Shown piece after piece: positions 1-13,900 of a DNA stretch of 64,000 bases. The translations under genes and the position numbers were made by a program. The notes beneath the pieces were generated by a model. The model was not told the origin of the DNA, searched no databases, and saw only the letters and a program-made list of their open reading frames with translations. Where the stretch lies: contig NMRA01000458.1 of the NCBI GenBank assembly GCA_002633005.1, positions 270,260-334,259 on the forward strand. Direction: 5' to 3'. Positions within the stretch are counted from its first letter, which is position 1. Every line of letters starts with the position of its first letter. The DNA is from Phoronis australis. Taxonomy: Eukaryota; Animalia; Phoronida.

Positions 1-1124
1 AATACCTTAGAGTGAGGATGAGTGTTGTAGACAAATTGACTGACATTCTCAAAAACGTTACTGAGATAGATAGTCATTCGAGAGGGGACATAGAACGGAG
101 AACTGAATGACATTACAGTAAAAACAGGGCAATTATCAGCAAATTTACGTTCTATGAACAGTGAGAGAGGATATGGCCGGAGCATGATCGATTCAAAGGG
201 ACAAACTATTTTGTGACTGAGGACTACCTGTGGGTAATGTAACAAAGGCAAAAAGCGCTCGTTTCAATTTTTAGGTCCGCAAAAGCTAGTCCTTTGGTGA
301 AGACGGCCTTTAAGTAGAGACAATTGCACACTGACGAGAAAATCTTTTGTGTCGATAATATGAATGACCTCCCATCTTTTCTGCATGGACAACAGACAGC
401 TTGAAAATTCTCACTGCAGACAGAGTGTAGATTACTGACTGAGATACTTTCCTATTTTCACTGTATTTATGTTGATTGAGATAGTTCTATGAACAAAATG
501 CAAGGTGTAGGACATATGTCCCTCTTTATTTTGTTATAATTGTTGTTATAATAAGCTCATGTTGAAAGGAATATTTTACTTTAAATTACTCAGTGAGCTG
601 AATTCCACTGATTAGGTATGTATTTTCTTGCCTGGGATACATATTTTTTCCCAGTTGAAATGAGGTGGAAGCACTCTTAATCTTGTTTATTGCGTTAACG
701 TGACGCATTCTTTTCACGTTTGTTTTAAGTCAGATCTGGCATGTCATTTGTCTGTGCAGCTGAATGTAATTATGTCATGGACCAATGAAGATGTTTGCCA
801 GTCATTGCTATTGCGTTGTTATGTAACAGGGGCTGGGCGATGCCGTTATGCAAGAATGCACTACCAGATCTGGGCTCAGATGTTTTCTGTTTGGTTGGGT
901 TCACTGCCAAAACTGCCCAAGTTTATGTCTATCATGTTTCATTTACAATGTGAATGGTGGCTGTCTGAATGTGTGTTGGACTACTTGCTTGGTGATACTG
1001 GTTCCTGTTTGAGTGGGTGAGTGAACAAATTTGAATATTTTTTCTTCAACTACGTTTTCTGTGTTAGAGATAAAGCTCGAGTCTAATACTGGAATAAAAA
1101 CTTACAAAAGTTATAGATAAGTAG

Positions 1125-1276
1125 CATCCGCATCTCACGGACTTCAGCTTGGCTTGTGACGTTATCGTTATTCTAGCCAATTGGTGACGTTTTGACCAGA
1201 GGGCGCAGCATTGACGTCAGAACACCATCCCATACGTGTGACAAATCGAATCTTAAACAGCCGTGGGATGCGGATG
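1125..1276. mobile_element. Small MITE-like inverted repeat element
   Basis: CATCCGCATCTCACGG ... CCGTGGGATGCGGATG, a 15/16 inverted match, with a CpG-richer interior than the flanks. Confidence 0.5.
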
Positions 1277-1906
1277 AAACGTCGCTAATTTTAGTATTAG
1301 GCTCAAACTTTATCTGTTTTCTCAACTGGATGTCTCAAAATTTTCATGCTTTTTTCCTGGGTTACTTGGTTGACATGGCCACTACAACTGTCAATGATTG
1401 TAACTTTTTTGATATCAATTTGGTCTTTCCAGTCGTAGTAGGCACAACAGTCATGGTTATGTTAGGTCTAATAAGTCATTCCTGATCAGGAGTCTCTTTA
1501 TTGTTAAATATTGCATTTCATGTCTAGTTTTCGAGTAGCTATTCTGAACTGTCAGGGTTTGAGAAGCATAAATATGTTTTTAATTTTCTCAAAGAAAAGA
1601 TTACTCTATCTACTGTCTTCAAGATACTCATTTTGTTAAAAAGGAAGAAAATTTTATAAGAGCAACCCGGAAATATGAATGCTTTTTAGTTCATAAATAT
1701 TTAATTACCGGGGGTAGCAGTTTTACTAAACAATAGCTTTGAATTTAAAATCCATAAAAATATTTCTGATGAGAATAATAAGATGACGATTATGAATAGG
1801 TCAATTAATGAGAAAAAATTGACATATTTGTACCCTATCTCTTGAAAAGTTTCAAACACTTTCAAACACAGGATAGCAATGCTACGATGAACCCTAGAAT
1901 ACTTGC

Positions 1907-4900
1907 CTGATCCTAAACTGTCAATCAAGACAAGACACGCTCCATGGAGATAAGACACAGCAGCAGAGAGTGGCACTGTAGGGTGTGTGCAGCAGCAATT
2001 GATAAAATGAACCCATGCTAAGATGTCACGAATACTCACTGTGCATCTGGAGAATACACGCCAATATTAGACAATGCACACTCAGTTTGTGAAGGCTTTT
2101 CCATTTCATATGTCGAAAAACATGAAACTATACTTTTATGAGCAGGAAAAATATGGCTGAACAAGCCTGTCCTTCAGGGAGAACTTGTGATATTCATATG
2201 CTTGTAAAGATTACTTTCCTAGTTTCTTCGACCACGAATAACTCCTCAGAAGTCAGAAAGCTGTTACATTCACTCATTTAATTACGAGTCATGTACTTTA
2301 CGTCATGTAAATCATCTGGTGCACAGAGAAGAATTTTGTCACTAAAAGTGGCAAAAGCATTCACACAACTAAAAGCAAATCAGAAATCATTTTAGAAAAA
2401 CGTAGTTATGTGTCAATTGACCAATAGGGCCTAAAATCTATTGGTTAATTTGGAGCACATATGGGTAACATTAGCATTGTGTGTCGTTTTGCTTCTATTT
2501 TGGGGGGGTCATTTTAAAAGCATGATTTTGTCTGCTAACCTCAGTATGTTATGCATCAATTGATCTAAACGGTTAACTGTAAACCAAGTATATAACACAA
2601 CAGTAGGGATCTGTATAATTTTATGCACAAAATGCTTGACCCCCCCACTAACAGTGTTGTTTTTGTTACAGACGTTAGATTTGATTGGTTGCTTTACATT
2701 GCCCTTGTGTTAGAATCTAAATGCATTTTAATGCACCGGTTGGCACGAGTTAAGGAACCACAGTGTGCCAATGAACAATTTACGAGCCAATGACAGTCCT
2801 ACAATACATCCCTGCAAATGAAAGTTCCTTACTGAGCAAAAACTCAGTTATTGAACATAAGCCTACAAAATGGTAACGAATAAACACGAAGTTGAACAAA
2901 AGTAATGGTTATTCAAATCTGATGTAACTAACCTTTTTCCAATTTCAGTGCAGACAAACCATTCAATGAACTCCATCATAGCTTCCCCAAAGCCAGAACT
3001 CGCTTGCCCTGGTGTCAATTCAACACCCACTGCAACATTGTGTTCAATAATGTGAATAAAATCCTCTCGATTGTGAGCCGGTGGACACCAAATTTCCGTG
3101 AAGCGATTCCGTAGGGCAGGAGACAACTCCTTCTTTCCATAATCGCCCCCAGGATTCATGGTGGCGAAGATTCGAAAAGAGTCACCAGCTGTAACGAGCT
3201 CAATTTCGTCATTTTTGTCAACATTCCCGCCTTTTTCTGAAACTAGCAAAGTCCGTTCTGGCTCCAGTACACTGTTGAGTCGTTCGAGGACTGAGTCATC
3301 AGCCAATGAGATTTCATCAATCAGAAACATGGCTGAAGATTTCATGGCCAAGACTAAAGGCCCGTCACACCATTCAAACAGTTTTGTCTGACCAGTTTGC
3401 TGTAAGAAAATAAAGGACTGGGTTACATTCAATGTCAAATAGATTCTGAGAAGGTTTTAACAGTTTCAGATATAATTTCAGAAACTAGAATAGTTCAAAA
3501 TTTCAATGCTGAGTGTGATACAAGACGGGACAAACAATCAGGGTGATTGTAATTATTTATGAATAAGAGACATACAACAAAAGTTTCAAATTTATCATTT
3601 TTGACATCACGAAATCAAAGTGAGGATAACCACCTTTTACATGACAAATAAATTTAAAATAACCACAGAAAACACACACCACGCAGCAGACATTTTAGTA
3701 TATCAACAAAGAAAAGCGGAAATTAACCATAACATTTTTTTCTGAATACTACCTCATTTGTCTGACGTTGCCGTACAGGTCGCAGTCCTCCAAGGAAGTC
3801 AGCGCCTTCTGTATGCAGATGACAATTGACTGAGTACAACTTTGAATTGGCTAGGGCAGCGAACACTTGACATATCGTGGTCTTACCGCAACTGGAACAT
3901 TTAAATTAATATTACAAAAAAAAAACAAAAAAGCAGCAATGACCCACAAGCAAAACACATTTCTCAGGCATTTTGAACCTCACTGGAACAACCTCCTGCA
4001 AAGTACATTCAAATCTGAAACCCAAACTCTGCTAGCCTCAACCAGATTCATGCCACAGATAAAAGAAAAATCTTCAATGAGAAGGTTGACCACTATCCCC
4101 ATGTGACAATAGTCACAGGTGCTTCAACTAAACCAAATGTCAAAGATAACCATGTTTTCTCCTCACACCTCAATGCTCGATGAGTATTACCTAACCTTAC
4201 GTTGTTTCTATTAAATCTAGTTACAACAAAAAAGTTAAGTCCACAATGCCCTTCCCACTGGCCACAGTACCGTCACCAGCACCAGCACCAGCACCATCAC
4301 CATCACGTACCCAGTTTCGCCCACCAATAGCACCGGTTCACTGTACTTCACTGCTTGTCCCACCAACACCGCCAAACGCTGCATGCTCTTTGTCCACACC
4401 AGGTGACCAAAGCCTACAGGTGATTGCACAATGACATCATCCAAAATGGCCACCGAGGACGGCGATGTGTTTGAATGTCGTGTAAACAGGTTTTCTTCAC
4501 TGACTTTCCGTTTGATGTGTTTCTCAATGACCTCTTTAATCACAAGACATTCATCAGACTTGCGAACTCGCCCAGCGAGAAGAAGATAACCTGTACCAAA
4601 ATATTTAAATTAAGGATTAAACAATTCAGGTATCAGCTAAAAATTCTAAGAGTTAATCAGCTGCATATCAATATGGCATGTTTGCAAAAATCTTAACTTT
4701 TTGTATTTGCAGCAGTACAAAAAAGGTTAACAGCATCATTCTTTAAAATTGTAACTCAGCTAGTAACACTTGAAGTCATCCTCTTCCATTAAGAACATGG
4801 CCCAGACTACGACAGCCTTAATTCGAATTATTCTGGAGATTGATTTTATGCAATGAAATTGAGGTTTGTTATTACGAAGTGTGCATAAATTGCCAAATAA

Positions 4901-7900
4901 ATGCTCATATTTTGTTTTCATTTGTAATGCACAGTACCAAAAAATACATCACTCCAGTTTTGGTCGCCATGCAAGTGAGGTGAAATAAAGTCAAACAGAC
5001 ACATACATGAGGCACTGTGTGCATCATCTAAAGATTTTCAAGTTCATAAATGGCATTTTCTTCATAGACAACAAACCTTGATCAGCGATGTGTTGGTCCC
5101 AGTCATGAAACTTCTCTGTGCTACTGTTAGCTGCCTTGTGATAACGTTCGGCCCAGCGAAACAAGTCACGCAGAGTGATGAAGCCCTGTTTACCAGCAAA
5201 AATCCCTGAGCTACGCCGTCGAGTCTGAAAAATATTATACAGTAATAATCTGTCAGCCTTAACCAAACAACAACACCCACTCCAAACAACAACACCCACT
5301 CCAAACAACAACACCCACTCCAAACAATTCTGTTCAAAAGCTGAGCATTGTGAATCTGCAGTGCTTGCAATGTCCTTAACTCAGCATGGACACGAGGCAG
5401 AGCTAGGTCTAAAATGAAAATACTAGAATTACCATGTGTCAAGTGAAAGTGTATCTTGAATTAAAATTTAAGTGAAGTACAACCCAAAATTAATCAGACA
5501 AAATACCCTTTTTCCGTCATGATGGCTAAGTCTGTTGACAGTACATGTTACTGGCAAAATTCTAACTAGAGAATGGCTGAGCCACGTTACTAACTTTCCA
5601 GTTAATTCCCCTTCATCCTCAGTCGTCACAAAAGACTACGTCATGACGGGGAATTCCGGGGAATTTTGTCCGACAATTTAGGGTTTACACTCTAATTAAA
5701 TATGTAACTATTCATCACGGGCAAAAGTTGAGAAAAAAATAACTACCAAAAGAAGAAAGTGCGAGTTCAAGAGTTTTGTATAGCTATGACATGTACAACT
5801 TGTCAGTCTCTCTAGACATTTTTACATGCCCACAGTCAATCAGTGTACCTGCAACTCCAACATGACAGCCACCAGCTTCTTACTGTATGACATTGGCAGG
5901 TGACAGCGCTCATGAAGAATAGTCTCTAGTTCACCACTGGGCAGTTCATCAAAGTGAAGTTCCACAAAACGATTGCGAAATGCCCTCGACAATACCTATT
6001 GACAAACAACAAGTTCACGACATCATACGCAGAGAAAACTGCATTTTAAAAACAACACCAATGCTAGATAGCTTTGACTAGATAATTCCTTGTTTATGAC
6101 AACTCAACAATAATATAAGGTCAGACTCTGACAAAGTTCTCCTTAACTAAATCAGCAACTGCATGCTCACTACAGAATAGTTCCACATTGCCCAATGTAA
6201 CACTTTTAACACACAGTGGTTGAAATATTCTATTTGTTAACTTTGGACATGATTGCACTATTTCAACAAATAAAATGACTATTTTCAACAAATCATGATT
6301 GTTATAGAGAGTTTGCTGTTTGAAAAATGAAAATTACTTTGGAGTCTTACCTTTCTTCCACCATATTGGCCAGGTGGATTCTGGGTAGCAAACAACATGA
6401 ACTGTGGATGTGCCTTAACAGTTTCCTGTGTTTCTGGGATAAACAGCTCTCGATTGTCATCTAACAACTGCAATATAATGAAAATGGTGAATGGACTTCA
6501 GATGTAGTTGAATTTTAGGGTGTTGCTGGAAGGAATCACATGACTAAAAATTAAACCGATGGTCAAGTTTAATTCTGAAGAAAGCAACCAATGGTGGTCC
6601 TAAATAGAAACATGACTAGTTAAACTTCTAAAATCACAGCATATGCCCTTTACAACATCTTCAATAATTCTACTATTAATCAGGTACTGATATTCATTTC
6701 CACATGCCACATCATTTCAGCTCATTCACACCACATCATCATCAATAAATGTAAATGTGTATAGTAAAGAAACATACCCTATTCAGAGCTTCTAGCACAT
6801 CACTAGGGGCTAGGTTCAGTTCATCCAGAATTATCCAAGAACCTTTCCTCATCGCATCAACTAGAACACCTGCAATACACAACCAATTTATAGTATCCAT
6901 AAACAGCAATAAGGTAACCTTTACTCAGTGTTGGACACCATCTTGCATTTAAGATGACGTTGCTTCTGTTGTGTGAATTTATTTGGATCATTGATTTTAA
7001 GGAACTCCTTCAGTGATTCACAGAAATAAGGATAACATTTAATTATCCTTTTTTGCTTAATAGTCAAACTGATAGGATAAAGAAATAAACCATTTGACCG
7101 ATACCCATTTCCAGAACAAACTATGGACTAACATTTAGTAAATTCAAAATGACCGAAAATGCTAAACAATTACTCAGAGGCAGTCATTAGAGGCTTCGGC
7201 TTTAGCTATAGCAATACAGATAAATGCTAATACCTTTTTTAGTGAAAAACAGGTTCATGGGTTATAAAGCAACGTATGGTAAAATGTCATAAATTTCAGA
7301 CAAGACTAAGTGCCAATATTGACCTTTTTATTTTTCCAGATCTTCCAACATTACTATGAATGCTTGTATTTTCAAAATATTGTCTAACGGTAGCTATGCA
7401 GCAGAATTTAAAGACAGTAACGAACTAATTTGGTGCTACCTTCATTTAAAAATTGACAAACAAATGTTCACTTGTCAGCCATAATATGTCCTAAATTGAG
7501 ATTTTACCATGAACTCTACCAGGTCTTTACCCAGAAGCACATGACATATGTAATACTCACCCTCCTTAAACACTAGTTTTCCATTCTCGTCTGCTGCGTA
7601 CGATCCCACATACTCCTGCAAGTCTGTGTGCTCGTGGTTATTCACACGCACACACTGATTACCAGATGACTTTGCCAGCCATGTGACCAGACTGGTTTTA
7701 CCAACAGAGGTCTCTCCTTGCAGCAGTACAGGGTGCTTACTACAATTCAAATTATAAAGCATTTCATTGCATAAATGGGCAAAGTTGAACAAAACTGCGA
7801 ATTAAATATTAAGTAGAAGGAAAATATATTTCAATCTTCGACAATACAGTCTCTGCCAGAGTTTCAATGTAGGATTTGATTAAACCAAAATATCTTGGCC

Positions 7901-10900
7901 CAATGACCACCGATTTTGGCATGCTTAGGGTTATTAACTTTCATACGCAACATGATTGGGGTGAGCAAACCAATATGGCAGAAATTCAGCGAGAGCAAAA
8001 TTTTGCCATTTTTCATGATTTTCACAAGCTCATATCTATTAGCATACTAAGTGGTGGAAAATGAAAAGTATGCCAGTGAAATATTTAATTTTTCTTCTTT
8101 CTATTGATATCCATTACAAAAAAAATTGGGCATTAATGAGTATTTTTAAAAATTGAAGGAAAGCGAGCACTTCACAAATTTTTCACTCACTGGTAAATTC
8201 TTGTGATTTTCAGTAGGGGTCAAACTTTCAGCTGTTAAATGGCTGTTACTAAACAGATTTTAATGATATTTATATCAAACTGTTTGTTAAAAAATTCTGC
8301 TTTCAACCCTGAGTGTACACTTTTTATTAGTTGACAAAAAAATGACAAAATGTACTTTTATAATTTTCTGCCTCGCCACTCTCTCACCTGGAAAAATCTT
8401 GAAAGTGTACACTCAATGTCATAATCACCAATCATGTCCTAATCCATTCCTAATCAAATTTTTTCACTTTATCTCATCATTTCCATTTAGGAACACTTCT
8501 AAAAAGGTAACTTCAGTCATTTTTCAAGAACCATGTTGACCTTTCCAGGGTTCAAACTAAACTCGAACCTTATTGGTCAAATGTATTCAACAGAACCAGT
8601 CAAAACTTCTCTAAATTACTAAAAGTGGCCCAAACCTGGTGAAATATTTCCATTACAATAATATAGAACACTTTTAAAATTCAATTTACTTCAATTTTGG
8701 GGATAGAGTCATTTTTTCTATTTTCTTCAAAAATATTAATTTTTTTGTTACACTTTTACTACCTCGTGGTGGCACTGTGATCAGTTTCATTTTTAGAAAA
8801 TTACATAATTCACCAATATAAATGTTCAGTCAATGTTGCAGTGCATTAAAACATTTTAGAAGACAAATATGCTCTTTTTGGTTAGTTACCAACACAACAC
8901 CTCTCAGTTTCTATATTATTTGATAGGAATGAAATTGATTTAAAATTCGTTGAAATTTTAGGGTCCAGTTTAATTTTGTTTAATGTATTTATCATTTTTT
9001 GTCATTTGGTGTGCAACTTAAGATTGTGAAAACATTGATCTTACTTGGGGAAAAAAGATTAATTTACATAACTCCACAGGTTTTTAAATAAATAACGAAA
9101 TACTCTGAAAAAGACTACTTTTCTGGTTTTTGCTCATTTTGAATTCATTTGTTATGCAAATTTCATTTTTTAGAATTATTTCAAAATCTTTTGGAGCAAA
9201 AGAATTATGTTCACTAAACCATAGTAATTCTTGAAGTGTTTTGTCATTTTCAAGGTAAAAAGTTGCTCTCTTTTTAAAACATCACTTGTTCAACTTAGCT
9301 TCAGGGGCAAAAATGTCCTGTCACAAGTCGAATAAAAAGTCGATGGTGAATTTTTCAATTTTTGTTGTTCGTGTTCATGAAAAATATAATAATTTACGGT
9401 TTGGTGTTTATGCTATGTTGTTAACGTACATGCAAAAGACTCTCCATCTTGTTTTAAGAACAATATGAGCTATGGATTCCCAAATATAGATGTCTAAACT
9501 TTGCCATTTTCTGTGGCCTGAAATTTCTGGGTGCTGTTTGCTGAAAAAAGGGCCATTTTTGAGGCTCTAAAATTCAAATAACTCGAGAACCGCCGAACCG
9601 AAAAATTCAAAAAAGTTGTATAAACGGCATGTCTAAAGCTATCATTTAATACTCTTTTCAAGTGTTTCTGATGAAATTTATATTTGGGTTTGCTCACCCT
9701 AACATGATTATTGAATTTTCACGTGGAGCATTAAGTAAAGTTAGTGTCTTGAACTTAGTTTTACATTAAGGACTAATTTGCATTGAAGACATTTCGTTAA
9801 TCAAGATTCTACGACTAAGCAACATTACAAAAACTTACCCCCCTGCCACAACCCGGGCCAAGTCATGCAAGTTCGCTCTGACAGCAGGTGTCAGCACATA
9901 TCCCTCAGGCACAACAGGTTCATGACCACCAACTGGGATCCAATAGCCCTCAAACTGGAGATGTTTACCACCAGGGGGTGTTGGTAGTGTTTGTTTCAGC
10001 AAACCTTTAATGTTGGACTTTCCAATGACGTTGGTACAGATACTCTGCTTAACAATAGGGTGAGAGGCACGGTCCAACTGGGTGAGAAAGCTCAAGCAGA
10101 ACCCCTGCAAAAATAATCAAATTAACAACAATTCTAATTTTAGGCCATACCAGGAATTTTCACTTACAGGCAATCCCCAAATGTAGACAGGTGGCTTACT
10201 TTTGAAGTCAAAATTGAGAATTTCTACAGTTTGCAGGGTTTTCCAAAATGAACACTTTCAGCAAGCTTCAAACTGAAAAAGATTCATGAGAAACATGATA
10301 TTTTGGCTTAGCCACAAAATAAAGCTAATTATATCACAAACCCTATTAACTACTCGTATTGGCTCTCCTTTCCTGACAATGTTGCTTAAAAATGTTCCAT
10401 TTATTGCCCCCGTTTCCGTAAGTATGTCCATTCATTATAAACATGTCAAGAATTATACTTGGGGTACTGAGTATGAAAAAATCAGCATTTTTCCAAATGC
10501 AAGCCCTGAGATTTACCATCACAAATTACCAATGACAGAAGAAAACCAACAACAAAAAAAAGATTTTACATGACTGTACCACATTTACTTGATGACAATC
10601 TATGACTCACTGAGGGGCCCTACGGAAAGCAGAGCGAACTAATTTGGCTACCCTCATTGTAAATACTACATAAATAATTAATGTTAACTCAATCAAATTT
10701 TAAAAAATTCAAAGTTTAGTTTCACATAAAACAATAAGAAGTTGCACTTTCATTCAATTTGACATGTCAAAATGAAGTGTAAGGCATGCTTACCTCATAC
10801 AAAGACCTGGGAACACTACCACAGGGATTAGATGAACAGTACTGCAGGGCACGGCACAACGTTCGCAGGCTGTACAAAGAAAAATTGTGTAAACCAAAAG

Positions 10901-13900
10901 AGAACCAAGCACATGATTGAATAACTACTACAAGACTGATTTCACTTGAGAAGAGGTAAGCTACAAAAAAGACTGATTTCACTTGAGAAGAGGTAAGCTA
11001 CAAAAAAGACTGATTTCACTTGAGAAGAGGTAAGCTACAAAAAAAGACTGATTTCACTTGAGAAGAGGTAAGCTACAAAAAAGACTGATTTCACTTGAGA
11101 AGAGGTAAGTTACAAAAAAGACTGATTTCACTTGAGAAGAGGTAAGCTACAAAAAAGACTGATTTCACTTGAGGAGAGGTAAGCTACAAAAAAAAATCTT
11201 TGATGCGACGACTTCTAAAGACCAGGGTGGAACTGGTGTGAAGTTCAAACCTTTCCCAGTGTAGAGCAGTTAATTAACACTCATTAGAAGAGACCATTTT
11301 ATGGTCAATTTGTAAAATATCATCTATCATCATACAGTATCAATGTGGAAGCACTGGTAACTATCATGTAGAAACACAAGGAGTAACTAAACGTGCAATT
11401 AATAACAACTTGGCTGCAAAATGTGATGAGTATTTTGTGGGATCAGAGCCCCAACTATGGATAATACACAGAAAATATCAAAAGCCTTTATGCAGCGAGT
11501 GATGTAATAGTGAAAGTTGAATACTTAAACGACTGCAGTAATCGCATGACTTACAAACTGCATCCAGATTTTTTTTACATTTATTTCATTAATTCACTTA
11601 ATTTCAAAATTGAAGCACACTGTCAGGTAACATGCAAAACAATTATACATGGCAACAAATATTGAATGGCATGTTGAATTAAAATTTAAAATCTTCAAAA
11701 GGCCAAGTTATCTGTTCCCAATTGATAATTCCCTGGTCTAAGACCCCAAGAGAGGTTTGTAAATTGAAATTATCACCTTCGGGGCTAACACTGCGTGGAT
11801 GATAATTCCTCCAAATCATACTCAGGGTCTAGACAAAGAAACCAACAGCCTCTCCATGAAAAAATCTACATTCAATTAAAAGAACTGTACTTGTAAAAAA
11901 CCCACTTGAGCTGATTGGAAGCAAAGAGAGTGTAATTTTCGCCACAATTTGTTTGAAATCTTTTCCAAAGAAGCCGTTCGATAGCATACATGACGATTAT
12001 TTATTTAAGCAGTACGTTTAAGAAATAACAAGACCATGCTTATTACCAAGTTTAGACATAGGATTAAATGTGAAATTCCACGGCAACACAGGTATACTGG
12101 TCTCATGTAAACAAATATTCAACAAACCTGTAGTGTGGCCTATGTCCAGTGCCATCAGTCAGCTTCTTGACTGCCACATCTCGAATAGACAGGTAAAAGC
12201 GAACAATGCCGTCCACCTGGGATGCAGTGAGTGACAGTCCCTTTAGGTACTCGTTGACGAGGATCTTAAGGTCAGTCTCGCTGTCTAACTCATCAACAAA
12301 GAACTCTGTGAATCTAGGCAAGTGAAAAGAGTCATTGAATGATCACTGTCAAGGCCATTGAATTAGAAATCCTATATTTAACAAAATAAAAATATCAAAA
12401 TAAAAATAAATCAAGCGTTCTTGTTTAGCCTATCACGATAAATGTAAAGAAATACAACAAATAATGGAACTGCATCATGGAATGACACTTGAGGGTGAAA
12501 TTCTTGGTGTGATGTCACCGGCTTGGCTTCTAAACTAAGACAAGGTGTATCCTGAATATGTGGAACAGTGATTATTATGTAACATTATACAAAGCCCATC
12601 AATGGCAGTTACCTGTTCCTGATACCAGGTGGCAGGTCTTTCTTTCCAACATCAGTGGCAGGGTTCATGCAAGCAAACAGGCGAAAGTTTGGATGTCTTA
12701 CAATGGGTGTAGTATCCCTTTAATAAAATAAAACCAACCAATTTGGTTAAAGGCCAGGAAACATGATAAGATAACACTTACATTTTTGCCATGAAGTAAA
12801 TGCAACTAAGAATCAGCAAAAATTGTAGTATGAGTTTCTTTAAACATTCAAGAAGTTCTATGCCTTCACATATACCCTATAATAGGCGTAGAAACTTAAT
12901 GTCCGTTTTAGTACCAATTGAGTAAAAAGAAGTGCATGGAATTTTACCATTATCTGTATTATATCACAGGGTATCTGTGAAGGGGACTAATTGTACATTT
13001 CAATACATGTCACCACCAACGTCATCGATGATAGGATGTACTAATCATCTCTCCACACTTCTACTTCTGCAGCAAGAGACACAATGCACCTAGGCTACTG
13101 CTGCTTGTGGGTTATTGGTTTAGAGGACGTGCTTTGACTACAATTTTGATGCCAATTATCAGTTTAGTCACAAATGCATTCATTTTTTCCACACAAAATC
13201 TAGCAGAAGTCCAGCATCACAGAAAGCAAAATATGGAAGACTTTACCCCCTCTCAGTCAACACGACAGAACCAGCTGTACTCTCAAGGAGCCCACTAAGA
13301 CACTCAAGTGTCTCAGCCGAGGCCAGGTTCAGCTCATCAAGCAGAACCCAGTCACCAGTTTTCAGAGCTTTCACTAGTGTTCCCTGAAACACGTAAAAAT
13401 GTTGTATATTTACAATGTCATAAGTGATGGAGCAAAAGAAACTATTACCATATTTGTCGTAATAACCACCCATGCCCCTATAACTGCCCTCCACCCCACG
13501 CGTTTTCAAACTTAGCTAAAATAAGTGCCCAGCCCATGAACGTGTACGTGCAAAAATGCCTTACCTACAGTCCCAAAATTCTACAGTAACGTCATCAATT
13601 AATCAATAATATCTGACAGTCCTGAAAAAAATCATTGTGCGCAGAATTTGTAGACCGCGCGCCTCGCTGCTATGTCGGTATTTAGCCGTGACTATGCACT
13701 TCAAACATGCGCCATGCCTCAAAACGAACACAAAAGTTTTGCTGATCTTGCGAGGACCAATGGTCTGGCCTTTCAGAACAGACGTAGTGTACTTGTCTAC
13801 GGGATTGCTTTGTAGATATTTCCTGCTTTCAACAGGAATCCAAATTTCTTTGTACACGTGAAAACAGCGAATCGAAGACTAATAAAAAGCTTGGCCAGAG

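Noticed and set aside
700-1485. ORFs 700-1020 and 1192-1485 and most other 60-130 aa track ORFs
   Set aside because: They have no recognisable motifs and lie in introns, antisense to exons or in repeats, as expected by chance.
4235-4310. Apparent transmembrane tail VMVMVLVLVLV on the midasin ORF, and a Pro-Ala repeat on the + strand
   Set aside because: It is read-through into an intronic (CACCAG)n repeat past the donor at 4310.
10934-11196. 37-bp repeats of CRISPR-like length
   Set aside because: The units are contiguous with no unique spacers, lie in a eukaryotic intron and have no cas genes nearby. This is a minisatellite.
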